Source: an uncultured archaeon | GTDB lineage: Archaea; Asgardarchaeota; Thorarchaeia; Thorarchaeales; Thorarchaeaceae | Direction: 5' to 3' | Assembly (NCBI GenBank): GCA_964558645.1 | Contig: CAZLEV010000012.1 | Location: forward strand, 1 to 64,000 | DNA: 64,000 nt | In this document: positions 9,407 to 17,989 of the stretch, one piece after another | Numbering within the stretch: the first letter of the stretch is position 1 | Layout of the letters: the number at the start of each line of letters is the position of its first letter | Program-made: the position numbers and the translations under genes | Notes under the pieces: model-generated | Database searches by the model: none | Seen by the model: the letters and a program-made list of their open reading frames with translations, nothing else | What the model was told of the DNA's origin: nothing

Positions 9407-10360
9407 CTACAGTCCTATCATCACAAAGAAGATCGACATTACCACAAAGAGCATTGGAATTTTCCAGTAGAACCTGAATGCCTGATATGGCTTCGAGCGT
9501 GCGAAGATTGTGCTGGGAAGCGTGGCAGCAAAAAACATCACAATAAATGCAAGCAGAAGTCGTATCATCATTGAACCATAAACACCCGTCCAACCAAATA
9601 GCAGGGGATGATTGAAGAAGAGCATTGTTGCTAGAAGAGCTAGATTGAACGACAGCATTGTCTTGCTGAGCTTCATCAGAGCAAGATGAGATCCTGTGTA
9701 TTCTATTAACACACCATGGGCAATCTCAGTCTTGGCTTCGGACACATCGAAGGGCACCACAGCCACGGCCGCAGGTATGCAAAGCACAAATGCTGCACCC
9801 GCAAACAACATGCTTGGATAAGCTAACACCATCGCAGTACCCAAGGATTCTTGCACCTGAATGATTGAATAACTTGCCAATGTGAACTCGGTCTTGAACA
9901 TTGTGAGTGCCAGCGACAAGATGAAGGTCAGCTCGTATGCCAGAATCATTGTTATACTCCTGGAAAAGCCTATGGCGCCGAAGGGATTCCCAGAAGATGC
10001 TCCTCCAACAGCGTACATCAATGAGGGTATTGTAAGCAGGTATAAGATCAAGATGATGTCTCCCTCAAGAGGTACTTGGAAAAGCACTACTGCCATTGTC
10101 ATGACAGAGCCAATGAGCGGACTGATGACAGCGATTACTGGGGCAAGAGTGAAAATGACAGACGCGGAGGTCTCTGGTACGAGTTGCTCCTTGCCAAACA
10201 GCTTTATGAAATCGTAGAAGGGTTGGACAATTGGGGGGCCTCTCCGATTTTGCATTCGAGCCTGAAGCTTCCTGCTCATGCCCTCAAACAGGAGTCCGAG
10301 GATGATTGACATCGGAACCAGGAGAACCACAGTTAGTATTAGGATGAGTGATTCCAGCAT
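9407..10360 (-). CDS. NuoH/HycD-like membrane anchor subunit
   Basis: RKLQARMQNRRGPPIVQPFYDFIKLFGKE; PFDVSEAKTEI..G..IEYTG. Confidence 0.93.
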   Translation of the reverse strand: MLESLILILTVVLLVPMSIILGLLFEGMSRKLQARMQNRRGPPIVQPFYDFIKLFGKEQLVPETSASVIFTLAPVIAVISPLIGSVMTMAVVLFQVPLEGDIILILYLLTIPSLMYAVGGASSGNPFGAIGFSRSITMILAYELTFILSLALTMFKTEFTLASYSIIQVQESLGTAMVLAYPSMLFAGAAFVLCIPAAVAVVPFDVSEAKTEIAHGVLIEYTGSHLALMKLSKTMLSFNLALLATMLFFNHPLLFGWTGVYGSMMIRLLLAFIVMFFAATLPSTIFARSKPYQAFRFYWKIPMLFVVMSIFFVMIGL

Positions 10361-10380
10361 CTCTTAATCATCCCTCTCCA

Positions 10381-11517
10381 TCATCTGTCAGTACAGCTCA
10401 TACAGGGGTCAATTGATGCAGCAATGACCGGAATATCAGCGATCTCACGGCCCTTCAACATAGTTGTCATGCTGATAATATTCGCCAATGTAGGGGATCT
10501 CACTTTCAGTCTTTCCAGCCCCTGTTTGCCATTTGTCTTGACATAATGAATCAACTCGCCCCGTGGTGCCTCGACACGAGACACAGCCTCACCGGCGGGA
10601 ATACTGCGCATGCGTTTCATGTCACTACCCTCGGCAACGATCGGCCCAGTGGGCATTTCATCGAGGACAGTTCGTATCAGTTTCGCAGACTCGAATATTT
10701 CAAGGTTCCTCACTTCGGTTCTTGCGAGACTATCTCCTTCTTCGCTCAATACTACATCAAAGCTGTCTTGCAGATCGTCATATGCCGCATAAGGATCATC
10801 CCTTCTAACATCGATTGGAACACCAGAAGCCCTTGCTGTTGGGCCAACCAGGCAGAGCTCTTTGGCTTGACTGGTACTCAACACGCCAACACCCTTCAAT
10901 CGCTTCACCGACGTTCTGTCCGCAAACACATCTTGTATGTAGGTTGCAGCCTTCTCGACCTCACCGATTGCTGAAACTATTTTTCGAGAGATATCATCGT
11001 CTATATCGTATCGAACGCCACCGATTGTGTTGTGTCCATAGTGGATTCTGTTTCCTGTGATCTCCTCAAAGAGGTCGTTCACCTTCTCTCGATGCTTGAA
11101 GGCATACATGAATAGGGTATCAAACCCGATTTCATATGCATTGATTCCAAGCCAGAGGATGTGGCTTTGGATACGTTCCATCTCTGAAAGAAGCACCCGC
11201 AGGTACTTGGCACGTTCTGGTACCTCGATCTCCCCTATCTCTTCTACTCCGTGGATATAACATGTTGAATGGCAATTGGAGCATATACCGCATATTCGTT
11301 CTGTAAGGAATATATTCTGCATCAGGTTTCGTGTTTCGGCTAGGGCCTCAATACCTCGATGAACAAAACCCACTCGGAGGTCCACATCTCCGATGCGATC
11401 TTTATCGATTACTATGTTGAACTGAACCGGTTCTTTGAGAGCAGGGTGGACAGGTCCAACAGGAATCCGAACATGTTTGGTGTTTGGTTGTGCTTCGTTA
11501 TTCGTTGTCATTCTCAT
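10381..11517 (-). CDS. Group 4 [NiFe]-hydrogenase large subunit
   Basis: GPVHPALKEP; L1 ERICGICSNCH; EAPRGE; L2 DPCMSCTDR (all four Ni-ligand Cys present). Confidence 0.93.
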   Translation of the reverse strand: MRMTTNNEAQPNTKHVRIPVGPVHPALKEPVQFNIVIDKDRIGDVDLRVGFVHRGIEALAETRNLMQNIFLTERICGICSNCHSTCYIHGVEEIGEIEVPERAKYLRVLLSEMERIQSHILWLGINAYEIGFDTLFMYAFKHREKVNDLFEEITGNRIHYGHNTIGGVRYDIDDDISRKIVSAIGEVEKAATYIQDVFADRTSVKRLKGVGVLSTSQAKELCLVGPTARASGVPIDVRRDDPYAAYDDLQDSFDVVLSEEGDSLARTEVRNLEIFESAKLIRTVLDEMPTGPIVAEGSDMKRMRSIPAGEAVSRVEAPRGELIHYVKTNGKQGLERLKVRSPTLANIISMTTMLKGREIADIPVIAASIDPCMSCTDR

Positions 11518-11938
11518 CAGACCCGTATTTCTTTTCTAATGCTTTGAGCACACCGTCCATGATTGCCTCTGGTTTCGGTGGGCATCCGGGGACATAGGCA
11601 TCAACAGGCAAGAGCCGGTCAACAGGACCTTCAACCATGTCACTACCAAAGACGGGGCCAGTCGATAGAGCGCATGCACCAATGGCAACGATTGCCTTTG
11701 GCTCCGGAATCTGGTCATAAACCATTATAGCTCTCTTGACCATCTGGCGAGTCATCGGTCCCGTGATGAGCAGAACATCAGCATGGCGAGGGGTTCCCAC
11801 CAATACACAACCCAGCTGCTCCAGATCAAATCTGGGGGTCAACGAGGCTACAATCTCAATATCACATCCGTTGCAGGATCCTGTGTTGATGTGAAATAGC
11901 CAAGGAGATTTCATTCGACTGTGTTTTGTTATGCTCAA
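11498..11938 (-). CDS. Group 4 hydrogenase small subunit (NuoB/HycG-like)
   Basis: GSCNGCDIE, TPRHADVLLITG, GACA, VPGCPPKP. Confidence 0.95.
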   Translation of the reverse strand: MSITKHSRMKSPWLFHINTGSCNGCDIEIVASLTPRFDLEQLGCVLVGTPRHADVLLITGPMTRQMVKRAIMVYDQIPEPKAIVAIGACALSTGPVFGSDMVEGPVDRLLPVDAYVPGCPPKPEAIMDGVLKALEKKYGSDENDNE

Positions 11939-11965
11939 TGTGTTGTGCCTGCCATTTTGTCTTAA

Positions 11966-11993
11966 TTATGCAGAACTACGCAGAATCGCATAA
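11966..11993. promoter_or_regulatory. Palindromic operator TTATGC-N16-GCATAA over the hydrogenase operon promoter
   Basis: Perfect 6-bp inverted repeat with a 16-nt spacer, 28-55 nt upstream of the small-subunit start. Confidence 0.4.
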
Positions 11994-12357
11994 AACGATT
12001 GTCAAATGACATCCGATTTTTCGCGATATCATCACACGTAATTGCGGTCATCATGTTCATCTTAGTGTCAAACTAGTCTGAGAACATAGAACACGTCTCC
12101 AGATCTGTTAGAGTTTCACAATAACCTTGACAAGATGAATGACCATCTAGCCGATCGGCTGGAAGAGCTCTTTGGAGCGATGTGGTTTGGTTGGAGGGAG
12201 GACATGCAGTAGACCTCTGCTGATGGATATCTCGCGATGCAGACGAGTTAAATAGCGCACTCACAGGAGTGCCATTCTATCCTGGTCAATGTCTAGTTTT
12301 CATTGAACGACTCAGATGAAATCGATTACTACGAGCGGCCAGATAGATGGCGGAATA

Positions 12358-13095
12358 CTAAGGCCAATAGCCGATCTTACTAACGAGTGACTTGTCATGC
12401 ACTTCTGATATCCAGAACTTGTAGGCACAAGGGTAATCGCCTTTCTTGGTGTCCACAAATCGGGATGAGAAGAGACCACGAAGCACTCTCATGTACCTGA
12501 AGAAAGGGTCATTCGGAGGAGACACCTCAGATATGCAGTTCAGCTGATAACCACAGGCGGTTCCTGTCTTTGAGTCACGCCACTGAAATGAAAGTGTGGT
12601 TCTGGAATCCATACAGATATTGTGGTAAGTGGATTCCCCATACATTTCAACGGCCCCCAGTCTGAGTAAATCAATCTCACTCTCGTCAACATAGAGGTCT
12701 CTGTAAAGCTGCATTCGCTCACCAATTGTTTCCTCAAAGGGTCTACCTTGAAATGACAGGAGCTCACTCTCCAATTCATCGATTCTGTCTTGAATGACCT
12801 CATCGGTCAGACTCAGTCTGACAAGCTTTGTAGAGGTGTTGATTGGAAAGGGACTACGAGGATTCAGGGTACAGACCGACGGTTTCATCACTGAGGAGTC
12901 GTATAGGCGTATCAGCTTGTCCTTAGGAGCCAGAGAGCTGCCTTCAAACACATCAGCCATGGCACTCTTGAGTTTCTCAGGAATTGTGTTCAGCGGATAA
13001 GAAGCAATCACTTCATTCTTGACTAACTCGACTCTTCTGTTCTCACGGTCTATGAGTCTAATCCTCACCTGGTCTTGCTCGGACATAGGCTGCAC
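12358..13095 (-). CDS. Hypothetical protein, possibly pyridoxamine-5'-phosphate-oxidase-like split barrel
   Basis: TYHNI...TTLSF...GYQLNC pattern; weak. Confidence 0.45.
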   Translation of the reverse strand: MQPMSEQDQVRIRLIDRENRRVELVKNEVIASYPLNTIPEKLKSAMADVFEGSSLAPKDKLIRLYDSSVMKPSVCTLNPRSPFPINTSTKLVRLSLTDEVIQDRIDELESELLSFQGRPFEETIGERMQLYRDLYVDESEIDLLRLGAVEMYGESTYHNICMDSRTTLSFQWRDSKTGTACGYQLNCISEVSPPNDPFFRYMRVLRGLFSSRFVDTKKGDYPCAYKFWISEVHDKSLVSKIGYWP

Positions 13096-13203
13096 ACGAA
13101 GACCTGAGGCACGTCTTCCTTAATCAATCCTTATTGCGTGTATCTACCTATCCAATACCGAAAACGCACTTAAGCGAAGATACTGTTATGGTGTCGTGAC
13201 TCA

Positions 13204-13497
13204 GTGAGGAAACACAAGATGGTCGAAGCCTTTGAGATTGATTCACAAGCTAAGATGATTCCGGCCGAAGGTAACATTCACAGGACTGAAACGAATAAGG
13301 TACTCGTCTATATCGATCACGATACGAAGACCATCTACTTGTGGCGTGGAAAGAAGGCAGGGGTTATGAAGAAGCTTGTGGGTACAAGAGTGGCTGCTCG
13401 ATTGAGTCACAAGTACAATGACTACCGAATTCGGCCAATATCTGAGGACAATGAGCCAGCTGTGTTCTTGGATTTGATTAATGAGCCGATTCCCTGA
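13204..13497 (+). CDS. Single-domain gelsolin-like protein (Asgard ProGel-type)
   Basis: VLVYID....IYLWRGKKA...K..G...A...RIRPISEDNEPAVF matches the gelsolin repeat (ilD...iyvWvG..s...k..a...eg.Ep..F). Confidence 0.75.
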   Translation: MRKHKMVEAFEIDSQAKMIPAEGNIHRTETNKVLVYIDHDTKTIYLWRGKKAGVMKKLVGTRVAARLSHKYNDYRIRPISEDNEPAVFLDLINEPIP

Positions 13498-13506
13498 GGC
13501 TGATTC

Positions 13507-13770
13507 ATGTCCTATAATCGAAGGGCCTTTTTGACGTGGATTCGCAACGTAGAGAGTGGACTAAGATCCCGAACTGCAATCCTTGAAGCAGTAGAACAGA
13601 AAGAGACTCCCACCACCACTGAGATCGCGTCAGTGGTGAACATATCGTATAGTACAGTCCTCTACCACCTCAAGAACATGGAGAAGGAGTCAATTGTGAC
13701 AAGAGACCCTGTGACCGGCAGTTGGAGATTGGTCGACCAAGGTCAGTCACAACTCATCGACTTCGCCTGA
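13507..13770 (+). CDS. Winged helix-turn-helix protein with a C-terminal PIP-box-like motif
   Basis: TTEIASVVNISYSTVLYHLKNMEKESIV; ends QSQLIDFA. Confidence 0.8.
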   Translation: MSYNRRAFLTWIRNVESGLRSRTAILEAVEQKETPTTTEIASVVNISYSTVLYHLKNMEKESIVTRDPVTGSWRLVDQGQSQLIDFA

Positions 13771-13923
13771 GTATCGAAAGGACAATGCCATCTTGGGTAT
13801 CAGAGAAGGTCTAATCAGTCCGACACACGCCATGGCCCAATGCTAAAGGTACCTGTTCCAACGACACTACGACAAAGGGCTTCTTGAGCTGAAGTCTCTT
13901 CTTTGTCAGCCAATTGAATGCAG

Positions 13924-14868
13924 TCATATCATCGTCAGGACTTGCTCTTTGAGGAGGGTCATCTGATCAAGTTCCTGACTGTACGGAAACATGAAGATGA
14001 AATGACTGACTCCGCAGTCGGCGTATTCTCGGAGGCGAGAAGCAATCATCTCAGGAGTTCCCCATAGTGCTTTTGAAACTCGCTTGCGATATTCGTCCTG
14101 TTGGATGCCGCGTTCTTTGGCCGCCTTTGTGATCTGGTCTTCCATCTCAGCCTTTGATTTGAAGCATCGCGTCCACAAACCGACAGAACGATTGAATGCT
14201 TCGGGATTCTTGTCGTGATGTTCCAAAAGGCCATCCAGCTTGCCGAAAATCGATTGAAGGTCCCTTGGAGTGAACGACCAAGCAAGGTTGATGCCATCAC
14301 CATGTTCCGCTGCCACTTCGATCATGTGCTCCAGCCCTTTCATCGACCCTACCCAAATCCTAGGATGGGGTCGCTGTACAGGCTTGGGAAACGAAATCAG
14401 ATTATCGACCGAGTAGAACTCTCCCTGGAAGTTGAACACATCTTCTGTCCAAGCACCTCGTATGATCTGAATCCCCTCTGCTAGTTGTCCAATTCGAGTC
14501 ATGTCATCAGGGAATTCTAGCCCATACGCGTTGTAGTCTATCTCCTTCCATCCCGCACCTATGCCGAACTCAAAACGACCTCCAGACAGAACATCCAGTG
14601 TTGCAGCCATCTTGGCGTGGAGTGCGGGCGGACGATAGTTGTTGCAGGCCACCAGAGTACCCACCCGTATTCTCGTGTTGGTTAACACCAATGCAGTCAT
14701 CAGGAGCCAGGGGTCCAGCAGCTCCCGGTCAGTGGCGTTTTTGTCCAGCATAAAATGGTCTGAAAACCATAGCGTCGAATAACCGTGTTCGACTGCTGCA
14801 TTCGATATCTCAATCACATCTTGAAAAGAGTAGCCAAACTGGGGCTCAACTTGCACTCCAAACTCCAT
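13924..14868 (-). CDS. LLM-class (F420-dependent-type) oxidoreductase
   Basis: WFSDHF, DPW, YRPPALHAKMAATLDVLSGGRFEFGIGAGW, PKPVQRPHP. Confidence 0.93.
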   Translation of the reverse strand: MEFGVQVEPQFGYSFQDVIEISNAAVEHGYSTLWFSDHFMLDKNATDRELLDPWLLMTALVLTNTRIRVGTLVACNNYRPPALHAKMAATLDVLSGGRFEFGIGAGWKEIDYNAYGLEFPDDMTRIGQLAEGIQIIRGAWTEDVFNFQGEFYSVDNLISFPKPVQRPHPRIWVGSMKGLEHMIEVAAEHGDGINLAWSFTPRDLQSIFGKLDGLLEHHDKNPEAFNRSVGLWTRCFKSKAEMEDQITKAAKERGIQQDEYRKRVSKALWGTPEMIASRLREYADCGVSHFIFMFPYSQELDQMTLLKEQVLTMI

Positions 14869-14944
14869 CTATCTTGCCTCTTCATGTTTTGAGATAACTC
14901 TCGTTTAAAAGGATTAGAGGAAGTAAGATACCAATCATGAGCTT

Positions 14945-15298
14945 GTGTTTCGCATTGTTCATAAGTACATAACTCAATCACATGAACTGAAGGTGAATCA
15001 GTTGGCGTGGAAGAAGCACGTTAAGGATGTTCCAGAACTCATCAAACAGAATCGCGAAATCGATATGAAAGTCCGAAGCAACTTCGAAGAGATGCTGAAA
15101 GGCATCAAAGGAAAAGGAAAGGCAGTCAGTCTTGAGTTTCTGAAAGACTTCATGCATCTTGAAAGAGATGATGAAGGTGCCGTCGAGGAACTGAAACTCT
15201 TCGTTGAGATGCATGATGACCTGACATATAGGGTTCTTCGTGATGACTCTGATCAGTCGATATACATTGAGTTTATGTCGCCTGAGAAAGCAGAATAG
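14945..15298 (+). CDS. Hypothetical protein
   Basis: Charged 117-aa ORF followed by a terminator-like hairpin; start uncertain. Confidence 0.55.
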   Translation: MFRIVHKYITQSHELKVNQLAWKKHVKDVPELIKQNREIDMKVRSNFEEMLKGIKGKGKAVSLEFLKDFMHLERDDEGAVEELKLFVEMHDDLTYRVLRDDSDQSIYIEFMSPEKAE

Positions 15299-15310
15299 GA
15301 TCATAGCAGA

Positions 15311-15347
15311 GGAGCCACGTACATAGGTGGCTCCGCCCGTTGTTTTT
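15311..15347 (+). terminator. Hairpin plus T-rich tract
   Basis: GGAGCCAC-N8-GTGGCTCC followed by TTGTTTTT. Confidence 0.5.
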
Positions 15348-15419
15348 GTGTACTAATTCTCATATTCCGAGGTCGGCTTTGCATCATATAACATACCCCG
15401 TTATGCATGGCGGTGCATC

Positions 15420-15453
15420 TCGATATGAAATCAAACAACATATCGATTAAATA
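15420..15453 (+). promoter_or_regulatory. Palindrome TCGATATG-N11-CATATCGA abutting TATA-like TTAAATA upstream of aor
   Basis: Perfect 8-bp inverted repeat at 15420-15427/15439-15446. Confidence 0.5.
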
Positions 15454-15498
15454 GGAGGCTGTACACTGTAGACGCACAACACCTAGGATGAGAGAAGG

Positions 15499-17289
15499 AT
15501 GAGTAAGCTACTTAGAATAGATATGAGCGACTTGGAATACCGATGGGAGGACCTTCCCAAGAAGTATTCTACGTATGCTGGAAGGGCACTGACCTCAGCC
15601 ATTGTGCATGACGAGGTTGAGCCCACATGCAATCCACTGAGGGAGTTCAACAAACTCGTGATATCACCGGGGCTTCTCGCTGGCACTCCCGCACCATCTT
15701 CTGGACGTATCAGCTTCGGTGGGAAGTCACCGTTGACTGGGACCATTAAGGAGGCCAATGCCGGAGGGCTTAGCGGTACAAGACTGGGAAATCTTGGAAT
15801 CCGAGGCATCGTCATCGAAGGTATGCCCGAATCCAACAAGGACTGGTACAGTGTCTATATTGGAAAAGACAACGTAGAGATCCTGAAAGCAAACGACTAC
15901 GCTGGAATCGGCCTCTATGACGTGATAGGTAAAGTCTGGAAGAAGTATGACAAGAGACCTGGTATTGTCGGTTGCGGAGTTGCAGGTCAGCGGATGCTTA
16001 AGTCTGCAGGAATCTTCGGAAACAATATAGAGAACACTGATCCAGGAAGATATGCAGGCCGTGGAGGACTTGGTGCAGTGCTGGGTTCAAAACGAATTGT
16101 TGCGATAATCAGCGATGATTCTGGTGCAGAGAAGCCGAAGCCCAAAGACAAGGAGATGTTTGATGAGGGTAGAAAGAAGATTGCTGCTGCACTTAACGAA
16201 CACCCCGTAACTGGAAAACTCAAGGACGACGAAGGAAATCCATATGGGGGTCTAAAGAACTATGGCACCAATATCCTGATGAACATCTTGAACGAAGCTG
16301 GCGGTCTTCCATATCGTGGCTTCAGCGCAGGCAGATCAGATGTGGCTCCCAAGGTCTCAGGAGAAGCAGTCCACGAGCTTGTCGATAAGACAAGAGAAAA
16401 GTTCGGTGACAAGGCCGAGGGCAAGTACGGACATCCATGTCATCCTGGCTGCATCATGGCGTGCTCCAATGTTGTGCCTTACGAGAAGAACGGAAAAGCC
16501 CACGTGTCACCACTCGAATACGAGTCTGCATGGGCTCTTGGAACTAACCTTGCCATAGACAACCTGGAACACGTGGCTGAGTTGAATAGACTCTGCAATG
16601 ATCTTGGACTAGATACTATAGAGGCTGGAAACACCGTTGCCATGTTTATGGAATCTGGTCAGATAGATTACGGCGATGGAGAAGCAGCAATCAAGCTACT
16701 GAAAGAGGCATATGACAAAAGCTCAGTAGTGGGCAAGCTGATATCATCGGGAGCAAAGGTGGCCGGAGAAGCCCTTGGAGTGACAAGAATCCCTGTTGTG
16801 AAAGGTCAGTCGCTGCCGGCTTATGACCCACGACCCATCAGAGGTATCGGAGTGACCTATGCCACATCGACAATGGGAGCAGATCATACCTCAGGATATA
16901 CCATTGCGGCTGAGATTCTCGGCATCAAGGGGGACGTAAGCGATCCCCGTAAGATAGAGAAGGCTGAGCTTTCTCGAACATTCCAAGCAACGACTGCGTA
17001 TATTGACTCGAGTGGATATTGTCTGTTCATCGCCTTTGCTATCCTCGACATCGACAAGGGCTTTGAAGGCATGACTGAGACTGTGAACGGATTCCTTGGC
17101 GAGGCGATAGATGTGACCGAGTACGGTCTCGACATTCTGCAGAAGGAACGAGAGTTCAACAAACTAGCGGGCTTCACTCCACAGGATGACAGACTTCCCG
17201 AGTTCTTCACTACGGAATCTTTGCCTCCCCACAATGTCACTTTCGATGTGCCAGCAGACGAACTTGACGCAGTTTACAAGAATATGTAG
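15499..17289 (+). CDS. aor: Aldehyde:ferredoxin oxidoreductase (tungstopterin family)
   Basis: KSPLTGTIKEANAGG, AGRGGLGAVLGSK, CHPGCIMAC, EYES, CNDLGLDTIE, AYDPR, DRLPEFF. Confidence 0.95.
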   Translation: MSKLLRIDMSDLEYRWEDLPKKYSTYAGRALTSAIVHDEVEPTCNPLREFNKLVISPGLLAGTPAPSSGRISFGGKSPLTGTIKEANAGGLSGTRLGNLGIRGIVIEGMPESNKDWYSVYIGKDNVEILKANDYAGIGLYDVIGKVWKKYDKRPGIVGCGVAGQRMLKSAGIFGNNIENTDPGRYAGRGGLGAVLGSKRIVAIISDDSGAEKPKPKDKEMFDEGRKKIAAALNEHPVTGKLKDDEGNPYGGLKNYGTNILMNILNEAGGLPYRGFSAGRSDVAPKVSGEAVHELVDKTREKFGDKAEGKYGHPCHPGCIMACSNVVPYEKNGKAHVSPLEYESAWALGTNLAIDNLEHVAELNRLCNDLGLDTIEAGNTVAMFMESGQIDYGDGEAAIKLLKEAYDKSSVVGKLISSGAKVAGEALGVTRIPVVKGQSLPAYDPRPIRGIGVTYATSTMGADHTSGYTIAAEILGIKGDVSDPRKIEKAELSRTFQATTAYIDSSGYCLFIAFAILDIDKGFEGMTETVNGFLGEAIDVTEYGLDILQKEREFNKLAGFTPQDDRLPEFFTTESLPPHNVTFDVPADELDAVYKNM

Positions 17290-17296
17290 AATGGCC

Positions 17297-17336
17297 CAGG
17301 GGCACATTGCCCCTGCCAATCTCTTTTTCTTGCTTT
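17297..17336 (+). terminator. Hairpin plus pyrimidine tract after aor
   Basis: CAGGGGCA-CAT-TGCCCCTG then CTCTTTTTCTTGCTTT. Confidence 0.5.
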
Positions 17337-17392
17337 CCTCTTATGTTCAAAAGACATACCAGTACTGAAAATGGATCTGGAGAACGTTCTGA

Positions 17393-17701
17393 GTGATTGA
17401 AGTATATCTGTATGGCAAGCTGCGAAGATTGGTCGAGAACGCAAGAGCAAATGATGATACTATCGTCAAGCTCGAGCATATTGAAGGAGAGACCTTCAGC
17501 CAGCTAGTGGAGAGAATAGGTCTGGAGATGTCCGACTTAGGGGATTGCTTTATCGACGGTCGCATCGCTCATCCAGACGACCAAATAGAAGACGGGGCCC
17601 GCATTGGGCTCTTTCCCTTCAACATGGTCTTGCTGTGTGGAGGCCAGCACCTCAAGGGGCATGGTTACACTCAGTCAGATCACGACGTCGAGTACTACTA
17701 G
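17393..17701 (+). CDS. MoaD/ThiS/SAMP-like beta-grasp protein with an extension after GG
   Basis: IEVYLYGKLR...FIDG....IEDGARIGLFP...CGG then QHLKGHGYTQSDHDVEYY. Confidence 0.75.
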   Translation: MIEVYLYGKLRRLVENARANDDTIVKLEHIEGETFSQLVERIGLEMSDLGDCFIDGRIAHPDDQIEDGARIGLFPFNMVLLCGGQHLKGHGYTQSDHDVEYY

Positions 17702-17711
17702 GGGGAATAAC

Positions 17712-17954
17712 ATGCGGGTCGATGTGAAACTATATGCTACACTTAGACGCTTCGCTCCGGAGGGCACTGCAATTGGTGAATCATTCTCATTGGAAGTGGA
17801 TGATGATACTGTAGCAGGGGTTCTAGATAAGCTTGGAATCCCTCATGAGCAGGCCAAGATTATCATGGTAAATGGAGAGTACGTGAAACGCAGGGCCTCA
17901 GAGATTCAGGATGGAGACCTCATTGTTATCTTTCCTCCAGTCGGAGGAGGTTGA
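17712..17954 (+). CDS. MoaD/ThiS/SAMP ubiquitin-like sulfur carrier
   Basis: MRVDVKLYATLR...MVNG...DGDLIVIFPPVGGG; start set at ATG 17712 rather than 17604. Confidence 0.92.
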   Translation: MRVDVKLYATLRRFAPEGTAIGESFSLEVDDDTVAGVLDKLGIPHEQAKIIMVNGEYVKRRASEIQDGDLIVIFPPVGGG

Positions 17955-17989
17955 AGTCGCTAACGCCCACCGTCTTCCTGCAGAGTCCT

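Noticed and set aside
10381-10410. Selenocysteine or read-through at the hydrogenase large-subunit TGA
   Set aside because: All four ligand positions are Cys codons, and the TGA follows the normal terminal Arg of DPCxxCxxR.
227-11938. Calling the cluster respiratory complex I (nuo)
   Set aside because: The large subunit retains both CxxC Ni-binding motifs, and no NuoA/J/K/E/F/G genes are present.
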